From the IMG/VR virus record IMGVR_UViG_3300037042_006844, positions 186,001 to 250,000 of that record: 64,000 nt of DNA; one strand, written 5' to 3'. The notes below the pieces were generated by a model. The model did not search any database, was not told the DNA's origin, and saw nothing but the letters and a program-made list of their open reading frames with translations. This document shows positions 30,439 to 39,996 of this stretch, piece by piece. Positions within the stretch are counted from its first letter, which is position 1. Every line of letters starts with the position of its first letter. The position numbers and the translations under genes are program-made.

Positions 30439-31105
30439 TGTATAGATTGCTTTTGAAATTGACGTATGTATCTTTTACATAGGATAGCTCATCTGCGCAT
30501 TTTCTATAACTCAATTGATATGCTATGTGTTCTTCTGGTATGTATGATGTCATTTCAGTTCGTTTGTATAACTCATTGAATGTATAGTCGATTGAAAGAT
30601 GCCAATTCCAGTGGTTCAGCATGTGTTTGAAAGGAACATATGCTGTGTTTCTGATCATCATGAAATGTGTGGTGTGATGCCAGTTCAAAGGTTTCGAAAC
30701 CAAATCGCTGATTTTTTCTTTTATTGTGTCAGTGTCGTGCATCGGATGATACCCAAGATTTAATATGTCCCAATCAGATGGAACTTTATTGTAAAACCTC
30801 TTAAACTTCTCTTGCCAATCTCTCAACAAAAAACAATCATCTTCAATGATCCCAACTCGTTTAATGCCACTGATTCGACACGATTCGGTTATGGACAGAT
30901 ATGCCGAAATCAGACTGATGGATGGCCTGGACTCTCGTTGTGGGGGGCTATGAAGAATTCGGTTTGGATCGATAATTTCAAAAAACGGCGCGATGTGGAA
31001 CTCAAATTTGACACCACGAGAATCCAAATGGCTTCGGATATAATCCACTCTATTCGAGTCGATGGTTGTTATGACAAAAACTTTTTCACAAATATCGTTT
31101 AACAT
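30419..31105 (-). CDS. GT25-like glycosyltransferase (C-terminal SQLPLG* encoded by IS right end)
   Basis: KVFVIT, IIEDDC, WDILNLG; close paralog of 62982-63647. Confidence 0.8.
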   Translation of the reverse strand: MLNDICEKVFVITTIDSNRVDYIRSHLDSRGVKFEFHIAPFFEIIDPNRILHSPPQRESRPSISLISAYLSITESCRISGIKRVGIIEDDCFLLRDWQEKFKRFYNKVPSDWDILNLGYHPMHDTDTIKEKISDLVSKPLNWHHTTHFMMIRNTAYVPFKHMLNHWNWHLSIDYTFNELYKRTEMTSYIPEEHIAYQLSYRKCADELSYVKDTYVNFKSNLYSQLPLG

Positions 31106-31143
31106 AAATTCCGGCCACTATATATGTATATCGAAATAGTCGC

Positions 31144-32061
31144 ATGGAAGTCACAATTTTCACTTATAATAATGGTTCTGGTATTGTAGCAGACATACTC
31201 CTTTTGCAAAACCTGTTTATCAATAATGTAACAAAAACCGCAAAAGTCATATTCACCGATGCTTGTGGTTGGGAGGCTCAAAGCGGCGATCTCGGCGTTT
31301 GGGTCCAAAATCCCAGATATGACCAATTGTTCCGTTTCAAAAAAAATATCTGGTTCATCAATGAAGAGTGGGTCACCGACTATGATCTGAGCCATATCAA
31401 CGATTTTGATTATGTGGTATGCAAAAGTAAATTTGGCAAAAATTTACTTACGCCATATAGGCAGGATGTTTTATACATTCCATTTTTAAGTTATGATTGT
31501 TATGACCCCACTATAATCCGAACTGATAGGTTTCTACATCTGAATGGAAAAGCCATTCAGAAAAATACAGAATTGGTTATGCAGCAAACGGTGCCATTAA
31601 CAGTGTTGGACGTAACATCGAGGTTCGAGAAAATACCAAACAATATCAATTATATCACGGCCTTTTTGAACCGCAACCAAGTTAAATCGTTGCTCAATAC
31701 CCACGCCGTCCATCTATGCCCTAGTATGTATGAAAGCTGGGGGCACTATTTGTTTGAAGGGCTATCAACTGGTGCGGAAATCATATGCAGCGATATAGCA
31801 GCATTTTCAGAGCATTTGGACCCAAATTTGGTGCATATGCTTCCCGCAGTCGAAGGAAAAAATTTGGATTATTGGTTTGACTCCGACAACGCTACAAACC
31901 ATTTTTCTTTGCGCAAAAGCTACTACATCGATCCACAACTGTTTGCAGATTATATAAACAATTTCAAACCCAAAGGAAACCATCACGCTCGTCGCCAGTT
32001 ATATTTGGATATCATGTCCCGAAGTGAAAAACTGTTGATTGAGTTTTTCCTTAACTTGTAA
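31144..32061 (+). CDS. GT-B glycosyltransferase
   Basis: GKAIQKNT, HLCPSMYESWGHYLFE. Confidence 0.75.
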   Translation: MEVTIFTYNNGSGIVADILLLQNLFINNVTKTAKVIFTDACGWEAQSGDLGVWVQNPRYDQLFRFKKNIWFINEEWVTDYDLSHINDFDYVVCKSKFGKNLLTPYRQDVLYIPFLSYDCYDPTIIRTDRFLHLNGKAIQKNTELVMQQTVPLTVLDVTSRFEKIPNNINYITAFLNRNQVKSLLNTHAVHLCPSMYESWGHYLFEGLSTGAEIICSDIAAFSEHLDPNLVHMLPAVEGKNLDYWFDSDNATNHFSLRKSYYIDPQLFADYINNFKPKGNHHARRQLYLDIMSRSEKLLIEFFLNL

Positions 32062-32800
32062 CAAACCTGTAGTTCAATCTGTCGTTGAAATTCTGTGGTG
32101 TGTATTTTGCAAAATTGTGTGTATCATAGAGCGATTGATTGTAGGATGCCCCCTCAACGCCAATATGGTTCAGTCTCGACAATTTTGGCGTGACTGTTTT
32201 GAAATCGTTTTTGATGTAATCCATGATTGTGTCCCCAACACAACCTTGATGATTCCATTTGCTCACGCACTCCCTCCACATTTTTGCGGTGCATAAATAA
32301 CCCCATGTGGCAAAATACGACATTTCTGGAAATGCAGCCGAACCATAATTGTTTTTGATTTCCAAAATTTCTTTTCCATCATCATTCGTAGGTGGCTCAA
32401 TCAAATTGTCTTTGTTGAGATACGTGAAAATAGTTTTATTGTCATAATACGAAGAATTGATATAGAATTGAGTAATGTCGTTTATGTCATTGCTGAATAT
32501 GCAATCATCCTCTATATAAATGGCGTGATCCAACCGTAACCGCTCAAAACTGTAATACATGGTTACATATTGGTTGAGTAACAATCCATATTTGAACTGG
32601 TTGATCAACACCCGAACGTTTGGATATTTACGCAGTGCTATGATCGGATCTAAATCCACAAACTCTGGCTCCACCAAAAACACAAAATCGATTTTGTCAA
32701 AATCTCGCTGACCCAAACAAGATTTTACATACTGGTTGAAATACCCAACTCTGTGTGGTTGCCCAAGATAAACTGGTGTGACAATTGTTGTTCTGCTCAT
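32051..32800 (-). CDS. GT-A glycosyltransferase-like protein
   Basis: IYIEDD, TWG, SRLNHIG motifs. Confidence 0.7.
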   Translation of the reverse strand: MSRTTIVTPVYLGQPHRVGYFNQYVKSCLGQRDFDKIDFVFLVEPEFVDLDPIIALRKYPNVRVLINQFKYGLLLNQYVTMYYSFERLRLDHAIYIEDDCIFSNDINDITQFYINSSYYDNKTIFTYLNKDNLIEPPTNDDGKEILEIKNNYGSAAFPEMSYFATWGYLCTAKMWRECVSKWNHQGCVGDTIMDYIKNDFKTVTPKLSRLNHIGVEGASYNQSLYDTHNFAKYTPQNFNDRLNYRFVTS

Positions 32801-33402
32801 AAATCATCGGGTGTGCTATAATTCCAAATCAAAGGCCAAAGTCGCTCAAACACGCAACATGCTGTAAGTGTCTCTCTGTTATCGACTATTTTGGTGTATT
32901 GATTAAATATTGTTTGTGCGTGTATCCACCAATCTAGGCTTTTACTGACGATAAACTTTCGAGGAACAATATACTGAGAACCCGCACTGAACACGAACTG
33001 CGTTGTGGTATTGTAACCCCAATTACCAAACAGTTTATAGCAAACTTCAAGCATGGGGAGGGACTCTCCGGCACCAGGCCCGCCAGTAAAATCTTTTGTA
33101 ACTGGTCCCCAATTACTTCCCAGCCACACCACTTGATCTGGGTCTGGGTTTTTTCTTATTAAATCCAAAACATCCCAACAATGATCGAACGGGTCTGCTT
33201 GTAAGAAGACGGTTTGTGTATCTAAAGAATTGTAATTGTTTACTATGTGATGCAGCACTGTGCCAGTGTCTCGTCCGAAATTGGGCACGGATGTAAACTT
33301 TTGTTTTATATCTGGTAGTCCTTTGTTGTATATCTGAACACCACATGGTAACGAATCTACCCAATCAATATTTTCTCGGTATCTGGTTATGATCACCGTC
33401 AT
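32797..33402 (-). CDS. DUF3431-like (GT-associated) protein
   Basis: RYRENIDW, IYNKG, PNFGR, HIVNNY, FLQADPFDH, GSQYIV, FERLW. Confidence 0.75.
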   Translation of the reverse strand: MTVIITRYRENIDWVDSLPCGVQIYNKGLPDIKQKFTSVPNFGRDTGTVLHHIVNNYNSLDTQTVFLQADPFDHCWDVLDLIRKNPDPDQVVWLGSNWGPVTKDFTGGPGAGESLPMLEVCYKLFGNWGYNTTTQFVFSAGSQYIVPRKFIVSKSLDWWIHAQTIFNQYTKIVDNRETLTACCVFERLWPLIWNYSTPDDL

Positions 33403-34580
33403 CACAATTTGACCCATCCTTTTTTGATAACATCTACCACATATTTGCGATCTTCTTCAGTGACCCACCAACCGACCGGTATGCACACCAACTTACCAAC
33501 AATGTCGTCCAAACTCGGCAAATGCACACTATATTCAGCCACGCATGTATGTTTGTCGTTTCTTTCATGAACTTGACTCACCATAATATTGTGGGCTTTC
33601 ATATGGTTCATAAATCCCAACTTGTCATGCACCAATATGCTGTAAATCCACGCTGCTGATTGGCAATTGCCGTTCTGATTTACCAAAGTAAGGTTTGGAA
33701 TATTGGCGAGATGTGTGTCGTAAAATGCCGCATTCTTTTTGTGAATTGCAATACTGGCATCAATATTTTTAAGGTTCTCAATACCGATTGCGGCATTAAC
33801 ATCGTTCATGTGAAATTTGAATCCCCATTCTGAAATGTTGGTTTCACATCGAAAATCTTTACGGTCACTGGAACGGTCAATACCATACCAACGTAGCAGC
33901 TTGCCTCGTTCGTGATACCAGTCTGTGGGGCATATCAAAGCACCACCGTCCACGCTCGTCAAATGCTTGATTGCTTGAAAACTGAACACATTAAAATTGT
34001 GATATTCTTTACCTCCGACTTTGAGACCATCGTGAAATTTGCTGCCGAAAGCGTGAGCGCAATCTTCAATAACCATCGGAACAAAGCCAAAACGGTTTTT
34101 TGTTTTGCGTTTGATTTCCTCAATTCGATCAAGGTCGATTGGATAACCGCCCCAATGCACCACCAATATCACTTTTGTATTTTTGGTGATTTTACGTTCC
34201 AAATCATCCAAATCCATGTTAATGGTTTTTGGATCAACATCGACCCATTTGATTCGCAGTCCATTGGCTAGGATTGGCCAATTGGTTGCAGTGCAAGTCA
34301 TGGGTGTGGACAGAATTTCGCTATTTTCATCCAGCCCAGGCCACTCCAAATTTGGTTTTTTCAACAAATGTAAAGCCAGATGCAATGCAGAAGTGGCACT
34401 ATTGGTGGTCAGTAGATGCTTGCAGCCAATATATCGTTTGAGTTTTGTTTCAAACTCATCGACTTTCGGACCCTGACCGATAAAACCTGAATGCAGGACT
34501 TCGTTGACTGCTGCACTTACGGTGCTAGCCATTCTAACTTTGAAAAGCGGCAACATATCTTTGTGGGTAGCTTTCGACAT
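33402..34580 (-). CDS. DegT/DnrJ/EryC1/StrS PLP-dependent sugar aminotransferase
   Basis: GPKVDEFE, NSATSALHLAL, IEDCAHAFG, FSFQAIKHLT..DGG. Confidence 0.93.
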   Translation of the reverse strand: MSKATHKDMLPLFKVRMASTVSAAVNEVLHSGFIGQGPKVDEFETKLKRYIGCKHLLTTNSATSALHLALHLLKKPNLEWPGLDENSEILSTPMTCTATNWPILANGLRIKWVDVDPKTINMDLDDLERKITKNTKVILVVHWGGYPIDLDRIEEIKRKTKNRFGFVPMVIEDCAHAFGSKFHDGLKVGGKEYHNFNVFSFQAIKHLTSVDGGALICPTDWYHERGKLLRWYGIDRSSDRKDFRCETNISEWGFKFHMNDVNAAIGIENLKNIDASIAIHKKNAAFYDTHLANIPNLTLVNQNGNCQSAAWIYSILVHDKLGFMNHMKAHNIMVSQVHERNDKHTCVAEYSVHLPSLDDIVGKLVCIPVGWWVTEEDRKYVVDVIKKGWVKL

Positions 34581-34583
34581 AGC

Positions 34584-35477
34584 TCAGTAAATGATAAAAG
34601 GTTGTTGCCTAATTCTATTCATAAAATCCAGTTTGTCAACACTCATCTTGACCGCACTACAATCATTCAGACCGCCATAAATGTGTATTGATGAATCATC
34701 CACAGTCACACTCATGGGAAATATCACTTCGTATTTTACTGCTTTGCGATGAACAGTGTTACGCCAATTCCACAAACTATTCAATACATAATTGCTACTG
34801 TGATCACGATCCGCAACCAACAGTGGATTGGCACAATACCCCAACGGTGTAATATCAGCATTGAGCCGCATCACGCCCACAAAATATTTGTATAACAACT
34901 GACCTTGCTGCACGTAGCTATGATACAACAAAAACTTTTCTCCGCAGACATCGAATATGTTCGTGCTCAAACCCGGATTGCCGTATTTTTCAATCCACGG
35001 TTTCCAGTTGAGTTTCTTACTAAATATTTCTTGTTCATTCGAGTCAAAAATAATGTAGGGATCGATGTGATAAATGATGTGGTCTTTATGAAATTGCCAA
35101 TGTTTTTCAAAATAGCTGCGTTGAGTAACAAAATGATAAAACTTTTTTTCCTCTAAATTGTATTTTTTATACACCACGCCACACAATTTGGCATAATCGT
35201 TTACATCCCATTTGCTGACACTGACGCTGATGGTGTTGTCATCAATCCAACGAGCGTCTTCGTAATTGTAATGGAACTCGTCATCGGCGTAATTTTGAAG
35301 AATGACGTTTCCGTTTTGATCCACGATGTCATTGACGTGAAAATCTGGTGTCAGTTTATATTCTTTACGGAATATGGTTTTGCCGTTTAGATGGGCGCAG
35401 TTGTAATAATTCGTGGTTCCATCGAATTGTTTTAACAACTCGACCCGTAGCTCTTTGAATTGAAAAATTGGGTTCAT
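34584..35477 (-). CDS. Beta-propeller glycoside hydrolase/phosphorylase-like protein
   Basis: EDAR, EKHW, VIFPMS...IYGG.ND resemble GH130-like folds. Confidence 0.55.
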   Translation of the reverse strand: MNPIFQFKELRVELLKQFDGTTNYYNCAHLNGKTIFRKEYKLTPDFHVNDIVDQNGNVILQNYADDEFHYNYEDARWIDDNTISVSVSKWDVNDYAKLCGVVYKKYNLEEKKFYHFVTQRSYFEKHWQFHKDHIIYHIDPYIIFDSNEQEIFSKKLNWKPWIEKYGNPGLSTNIFDVCGEKFLLYHSYVQQGQLLYKYFVGVMRLNADITPLGYCANPLLVADRDHSSNYVLNSLWNWRNTVHRKAVKYEVIFPMSVTVDDSSIHIYGGLNDCSAVKMSVDKLDFMNRIRQQPFIIY

Positions 35478-35480
35478 AAT

Positions 35481-35948
35481 CTACCGATATTCAAACAACG
35501 TTGCTTCAGAATCGGAGCACTCACGAATTATGGTTTGGTCGGGGTTTTTGATTTTGTGGGACGAAAAACCAAGGTCCGCCGATGAATAAAATCGTCGTCC
35601 GTCAAGTTGAAACGATTCTTCGCCAATAAGCTGATTGATATGCACCCAAAACCCTGCTTTGCTGCTGATGAGAAAATACTGAATCCCGTGCTGTCTCTTT
35701 TCGAGGTTCATTGCTTTGACTATATTGCCCACGTTTGAAAAATCGTCGAGGTTCAGATAGCAAAAATCAAATGGATATTGGGATAGTTTAGTAATATCAC
35801 TTTCAACGTTGATTGTGCCAAACAACTGTTTCCACATTTGAGACGAAATGGTTCCTGTTGTATTGACCTCCAACATCGACATGTTGGCTATTTGCGGCAG
35901 GTTCACAAACCGCTTGTAAACATCAAAATAAAATCTAGGGCTGTTCAT
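35481..35948 (-). CDS. Hypothetical protein
   Basis: ORF in operon. Confidence 0.55.
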   Translation of the reverse strand: MNSPRFYFDVYKRFVNLPQIANMSMLEVNTTGTISSQMWKQLFGTINVESDITKLSQYPFDFCYLNLDDFSNVGNIVKAMNLEKRQHGIQYFLISSKAGFWVHINQLIGEESFQLDGRRFYSSADLGFSSHKIKNPDQTIIRECSDSEATLFEYR

Positions 35949-36615
35949 GGTTTTTGTAACACATTGTTAATGACGGATAGTTTTCGATAACGAAAAAATT
36001 GTATAGCTTTTTCAGTTCCGGGGTTTCCAGAACTGGCGCAATCGGCTTGCAGTTGTAGTTGATCATCCAAGGAATATTGTCACGGCTTTTGCTACCACCC
36101 TCAAACAAAATGACTCCGTCGTCTTTGAGTTTCGAGTGATATTTTTTCAACAGATACTCTATCTTATCACCAGTATTGCTGATGTCAATATGCAATATAT
36201 CGATGCTTTTATCGACGAATTCAATATTAAGATTCATGACATCGCCTCTGTGTAGATAGACATGTTTCTCCATGCCAAATCGTTCTAATTTTTCTCGGAT
36301 ATCTTCATAACTGGCACGAGCATATGGATATTCTTCAAACATGTCAATTGCGATTATTTTGCCTTTTTTGTTTTCTACACATCCTTTTGCAAAACTAAGC
36401 AACGAATACCCATCTAAAATACCCATTTCAACGATCAAATCGGGCTTTTTATTGAGCACCCAATTGTAAAACTTTACCCAATAATTATGTTTTTTGTATG
36501 ACGAGCGCAATCCTCCCAGAAATAAAACGAATGATGCGCCAAACACTTGGGCGGCAGATTGTGCAAATTCTTTGTAGTCAAAAATTAAATCTAAAATTTT
36601 TTGTGCGTCCAGCAT
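35935..36615 (-). CDS. Class I SAM-dependent methyltransferase (Methyltransf_24-like)
   Basis: IVEMGILDGYS, IIAID, IDILHID, LKDDGVILF. Confidence 0.85.
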   Translation of the reverse strand: MLDAQKILDLIFDYKEFAQSAAQVFGASFVLFLGGLRSSYKKHNYWVKFYNWVLNKKPDLIVEMGILDGYSLLSFAKGCVENKKGKIIAIDMFEEYPYARASYEDIREKLERFGMEKHVYLHRGDVMNLNIEFVDKSIDILHIDISNTGDKIEYLLKKYHSKLKDDGVILFEGGSKSRDNIPWMINYNCKPIAPVLETPELKKLYNFFVIENYPSLTMCYKNHEQP

Positions 36616-36626
36616 AGTCTACTGAA

Positions 36627-36669
36627 TACATAGTTATTATATAGGTTACATAGTTATTATATAGGTTAC
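36627..36669. repeat. Perfect 20-bp tandem duplication
   Basis: TACATAGTTATTATATAGGT x2 plus TAC. Confidence 0.9.
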
Positions 36670-37784
36670 TCAGTAACCATATGATACCGCTTCGTAAATT
36701 TTCCAGTAAACTTGATGAAGCGTCCGTAGTTATACTTATGCCGCATATAAAAATACCCGAAGTAACTAAAGCAGACGCGCATTGCATTTTTCAGCGATTT
36801 TCTATGCTTTTCGTATTCTTCTCTGCCCAATAGTGCAATATATTTGCTTTTTACGGCTCGCAGCATACCAAAATGAATAGTATGGGTTGACATGTGATAC
36901 ATATACTGACCAAAATGTGGTGCGTTCTGCATTTCCTCGTTGTATGTCTGTTTATTTTCATCGTGATGATAATCAATGTTCGAAAAAAGCGATCCGTTGA
37001 AATAATGCATATATTTCAACTCGCCACTCATATTTCTATAAAAACTGTTTATTTCACCACTGCCCTCTGGACCCCAATAATCATAGTTTTGCTCATCATA
37101 GGTGGAAAATTTGATGCTTGGATTCATCCAGCAATTGAAACTGAAAAATTCGAATGTGTCGAATCCTATTGGTTCCTGAAATCGCAATTTAGTTCCTTCG
37201 GGTCGGGTGTAAACAATATCACGATTCCAATTCACATAATCGAATCCGATCCAATCATATTTTGATAATATTGATTTGCGGATGAAAAACACACTTTCTT
37301 TTCCTGGCATGTTGATCGATCCCACAAAAATGCTTAATTTACCAAACAACTGAGCAAAATTATTGGGATTGCGAGGTGCCACCACACATACTAAATCCTC
37401 AGTCTGTAGTCTATTAAACATTTCGTCGAACATCGATTGTGCGAATATATATGCATCTTCTTCATATATGACCATTTCAGGTTCTTGTATTGTGTGAAAC
37501 AGCAAATCAATGCACTGTCCATGTGCCAACCACACGTTCGATGTGTTTTCAATCACAACGATTTTTGCGAAATATTTTTCATAATCGGCTATGATTTTGT
37601 ATGTGTTGTTGGTCAACTTTTGGAAATTTTCGTCACTGATATACTCTCTCGAAATATTGAGGCATACATAGATATTGTAACCGGGGCACAATGTTTTGAA
37701 TTTATCAAACGAGGCAATCAATGTTATGGGATTGCCGATTGAAACAAGTCCTACTGCTCTATTAGATGGTGTTGAGTTACTCAT
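36666..37784 (-). CDS. GT-A-like glycosyltransferase (paralog set A)
   Basis: HGQCID, YEEDAY, FDTFEFFS, H..NGSL shared with 39949-41112. Confidence 0.65.
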   Translation of the reverse strand: MSNSTPSNRAVGLVSIGNPITLIASFDKFKTLCPGYNIYVCLNISREYISDENFQKLTNNTYKIIADYEKYFAKIVVIENTSNVWLAHGQCIDLLFHTIQEPEMVIYEEDAYIFAQSMFDEMFNRLQTEDLVCVVAPRNPNNFAQLFGKLSIFVGSINMPGKESVFFIRKSILSKYDWIGFDYVNWNRDIVYTRPEGTKLRFQEPIGFDTFEFFSFNCWMNPSIKFSTYDEQNYDYWGPEGSGEINSFYRNMSGELKYMHYFNGSLFSNIDYHHDENKQTYNEEMQNAPHFGQYMYHMSTHTIHFGMLRAVKSKYIALLGREEYEKHRKSLKNAMRVCFSYFGYFYMRHKYNYGRFIKFTGKFTKRYHMVTE

Positions 37785-38803
37785 AATAAATGTGTTCGGT
37801 GATATTGTTTTGTCAATGCAAGGTGCGATTGATAAAATTTAACATCGATGTTATGCTCCGTCAATACCTCATCAATGTTGTTCATAAACACCGAATATTC
37901 TGGGTGTTTTGCACAGACTTTCTCTAAAATTATTTGGAACCACGATAGCAATCTAAGTCCTTCAGACGGATTGGTTTGCAATTGCGATATGTATGGATAC
38001 TGCGGGGATTTATCGATCATTTTGATCGTGTCTCCGAAATTGCGCATATGATAGTATTTCGCCCCATTGAACATTTCATCATCGACCCGCGTGTCGTTTG
38101 AATTATTATAACAATACAACATATTCCGCTCGTTGACCAGAACGCTGCGACGATAGTCATACATTTCTTTGACCCTCACGCTCGGCAATAACGATGCTAC
38201 ATTACGAGAAAACAACTCCATACTTTCCACTGTCGCAACATCACAATTTTTATCTGGCGCGGCACTGTATTTCGTATAAAAATCATAGCTGCATCCAAAT
38301 AATGTCGCCGCAAAACGAGTTTTTGCCCCTCGATTGGAGATTGGTCGCATGATCGGAATTCGATACATCAAATTCTTCGAATCAGTCATGTCCGCGTTTT
38401 GCCAATTCACAAACAAAACGTGGGTGGGGTGAACACGGGTTCCCGAATCCAAATTACCCACGATATCGTAATTGTTCAAATCAGAAAAAATGTCTGTGAA
38501 AACGGAACGATCATAGATTACACAATCGCTATCCATTACAACAAACTTGTCCCCAGGTGACAACGTGGCTATACCACGCTCAATATTTTCTTGATGAATG
38601 ATACTGCCACAGTCTTTCAAAATCCGAACAGTTTTTCCGTCGATCACAAACTCGCACTCATCCAAACCCATTCGAGTTGGGCAGATGAGCACTTGATCGG
38701 CATCTATTCTATGAATATTATCCATCACGTATTCAAACAACAGCCTACCCAGCAATTTGTTGGTGCGGTTATATTTGATGAATGGAATAATAACTGTGTT
38801 CAT
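37781..38803 (-). CDS. GT-A-like glycosyltransferase (paralog set A)
   Basis: HQENIE, VMDSDC, ESMELFS. Confidence 0.65.
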   Translation of the reverse strand: MNTVIIPFIKYNRTNKLLGRLLFEYVMDNIHRIDADQVLICPTRMGLDECEFVIDGKTVRILKDCGSIIHQENIERGIATLSPGDKFVVMDSDCVIYDRSVFTDIFSDLNNYDIVGNLDSGTRVHPTHVLFVNWQNADMTDSKNLMYRIPIMRPISNRGAKTRFAATLFGCSYDFYTKYSAAPDKNCDVATVESMELFSRNVASLLPSVRVKEMYDYRRSVLVNERNMLYCYNNSNDTRVDDEMFNGAKYYHMRNFGDTIKMIDKSPQYPYISQLQTNPSEGLRLLSWFQIILEKVCAKHPEYSVFMNNIDEVLTEHNIDVKFYQSHLALTKQYHRTHLL

Positions 38804-39702
38804 AACGTGGCGGCTAAAATTTTGCTTGAAGCATCTAGCCATTTATCATAAAATGCAACGTTGCAATTACGGCACAACTCGTAGAACCGAGTGTATGCCG
38901 TGTTTTGTCTTGCCAGTTTGTTGTGCAACGCCATAGTTAGATAGTCATAAGTGATACCCGTCATATGCTCCCACCATATATCGGGCATACGATTCAGCAA
39001 CAATAACTGTTTGCCGTCATCAACCACATGCTCCATGATTTGCGTGGAAACGTAATCAAAATGATCATACACCACATCTTCAATGCCGTCAATTACACAA
39101 ATTGTTTTTTTGTTGGCAATCGTCATTGGAGCACTAAGCGCAAAATCTTTGGTGCCGTCAAACGGAGGAAAAAACTTCACTGCTTTATTATATGACACCC
39201 CGCAAGATTGTCGCGTCGCAAGATTTGGCATGGCTGAAAAATTTCGATCTGTTTTTTTCAAATTCGACATTCGACATCCCCAAAAACTAGGCCATAGTCG
39301 CACATCCATGATGCGCTGCCCAGCAGTATAATTTCCAAACAGCACATATTCTTGGTTTAACATGATGTCCACAATTCGGTCCCAGTCACCTATGAAATCT
39401 GGCTCGAAACTGAAAATGTAATCCGCATTGCTATTATCTATGGCGAGGTTCATTGCTATGCTTCGCCAGTCATGAATTCCGTTACTTTCATGGCGGCAGA
39501 TCGTAATGTCACATTTACCAACAAGATCGTTCGTGATAAAATCGATGTGGCTGTTTTCACTCTGAGTCAACACATGATATCGAGCGACATCGAAAATGTA
39601 ATGGATTTTATTGAATCTGGAATGATACCGATGAATAAAATCCCGTATCATGGGACTATCAAATTCGGCAGCAGCAATTATAACAACATCTACTTTATTC
39701 AT
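38800..39702 (-). CDS. GT-A-like glycosyltransferase (paralog set A)
   Basis: DWR, FEPDF, LWPSFW, YDHFDYVS, WEHMTG. Confidence 0.65.
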   Translation of the reverse strand: MNKVDVVIIAAAEFDSPMIRDFIHRYHSRFNKIHYIFDVARYHVLTQSENSHIDFITNDLVGKCDITICRHESNGIHDWRSIAMNLAIDNSNADYIFSFEPDFIGDWDRIVDIMLNQEYVLFGNYTAGQRIMDVRLWPSFWGCRMSNLKKTDRNFSAMPNLATRQSCGVSYNKAVKFFPPFDGTKDFALSAPMTIANKKTICVIDGIEDVVYDHFDYVSTQIMEHVVDDGKQLLLLNRMPDIWWEHMTGITYDYLTMALHNKLARQNTAYTRFYELCRNCNVAFYDKWLDASSKILAATL

Positions 39703-39976
39703 AATCTTTGGAGGAAGGAAACCACGACGGCTTTAGCCTCGTGGAGGAATTCCGACCAATATAATAAGTTTTTTGACATCTTCAGTATTCTGTGATATAG
39801 TTATGTTTGAAGATTGATTTCTTCAAACATCTGCCTCACGTTAGAAATAATGTCTGGACAGCAGGCCACAGTCAATTGGCCAAACGGAAACCTCACGGTT
39901 TCCAATGAATGTAAATCTTTGAACATAAGTTTGGAGTCTTTCAAGCACCTATCCCTTTAGGGTAGGTGTGGTTGAC
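39703..39976 (+). mobile_element. Non-autonomous IS200/IS605 element (LE + promoter + omega-RNA + RE, no ORF)
   Basis: TTCAT target, LE GGAGGAAGGAAA-hairpin-GAGGAATTCCGACC, RE CAAG-hairpin-GTTGAC. Confidence 0.85.
39773..39801 (+). promoter_or_regulatory. Sigma70 promoter inside the ORF-less element
   Basis: TTGACA-N17-TGaTATAGT (extended -10). Confidence 0.75.
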
Positions 39977-39996
39977 ACCAACCGTTTACAAACCGT
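39803..39996 (+). ncRNA. Putative stand-alone TnpB omega-RNA (scaffold to 39976, guide about 39977-39996)
   Basis: Four hairpins; CAGGCCACAGTCAATTGGCCAA is covariant with CAGGTGACTGTCAACTCACCAA at the tnpB 3' end; GTCAA loop complementary to terminal TTGAC. Confidence 0.7.
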
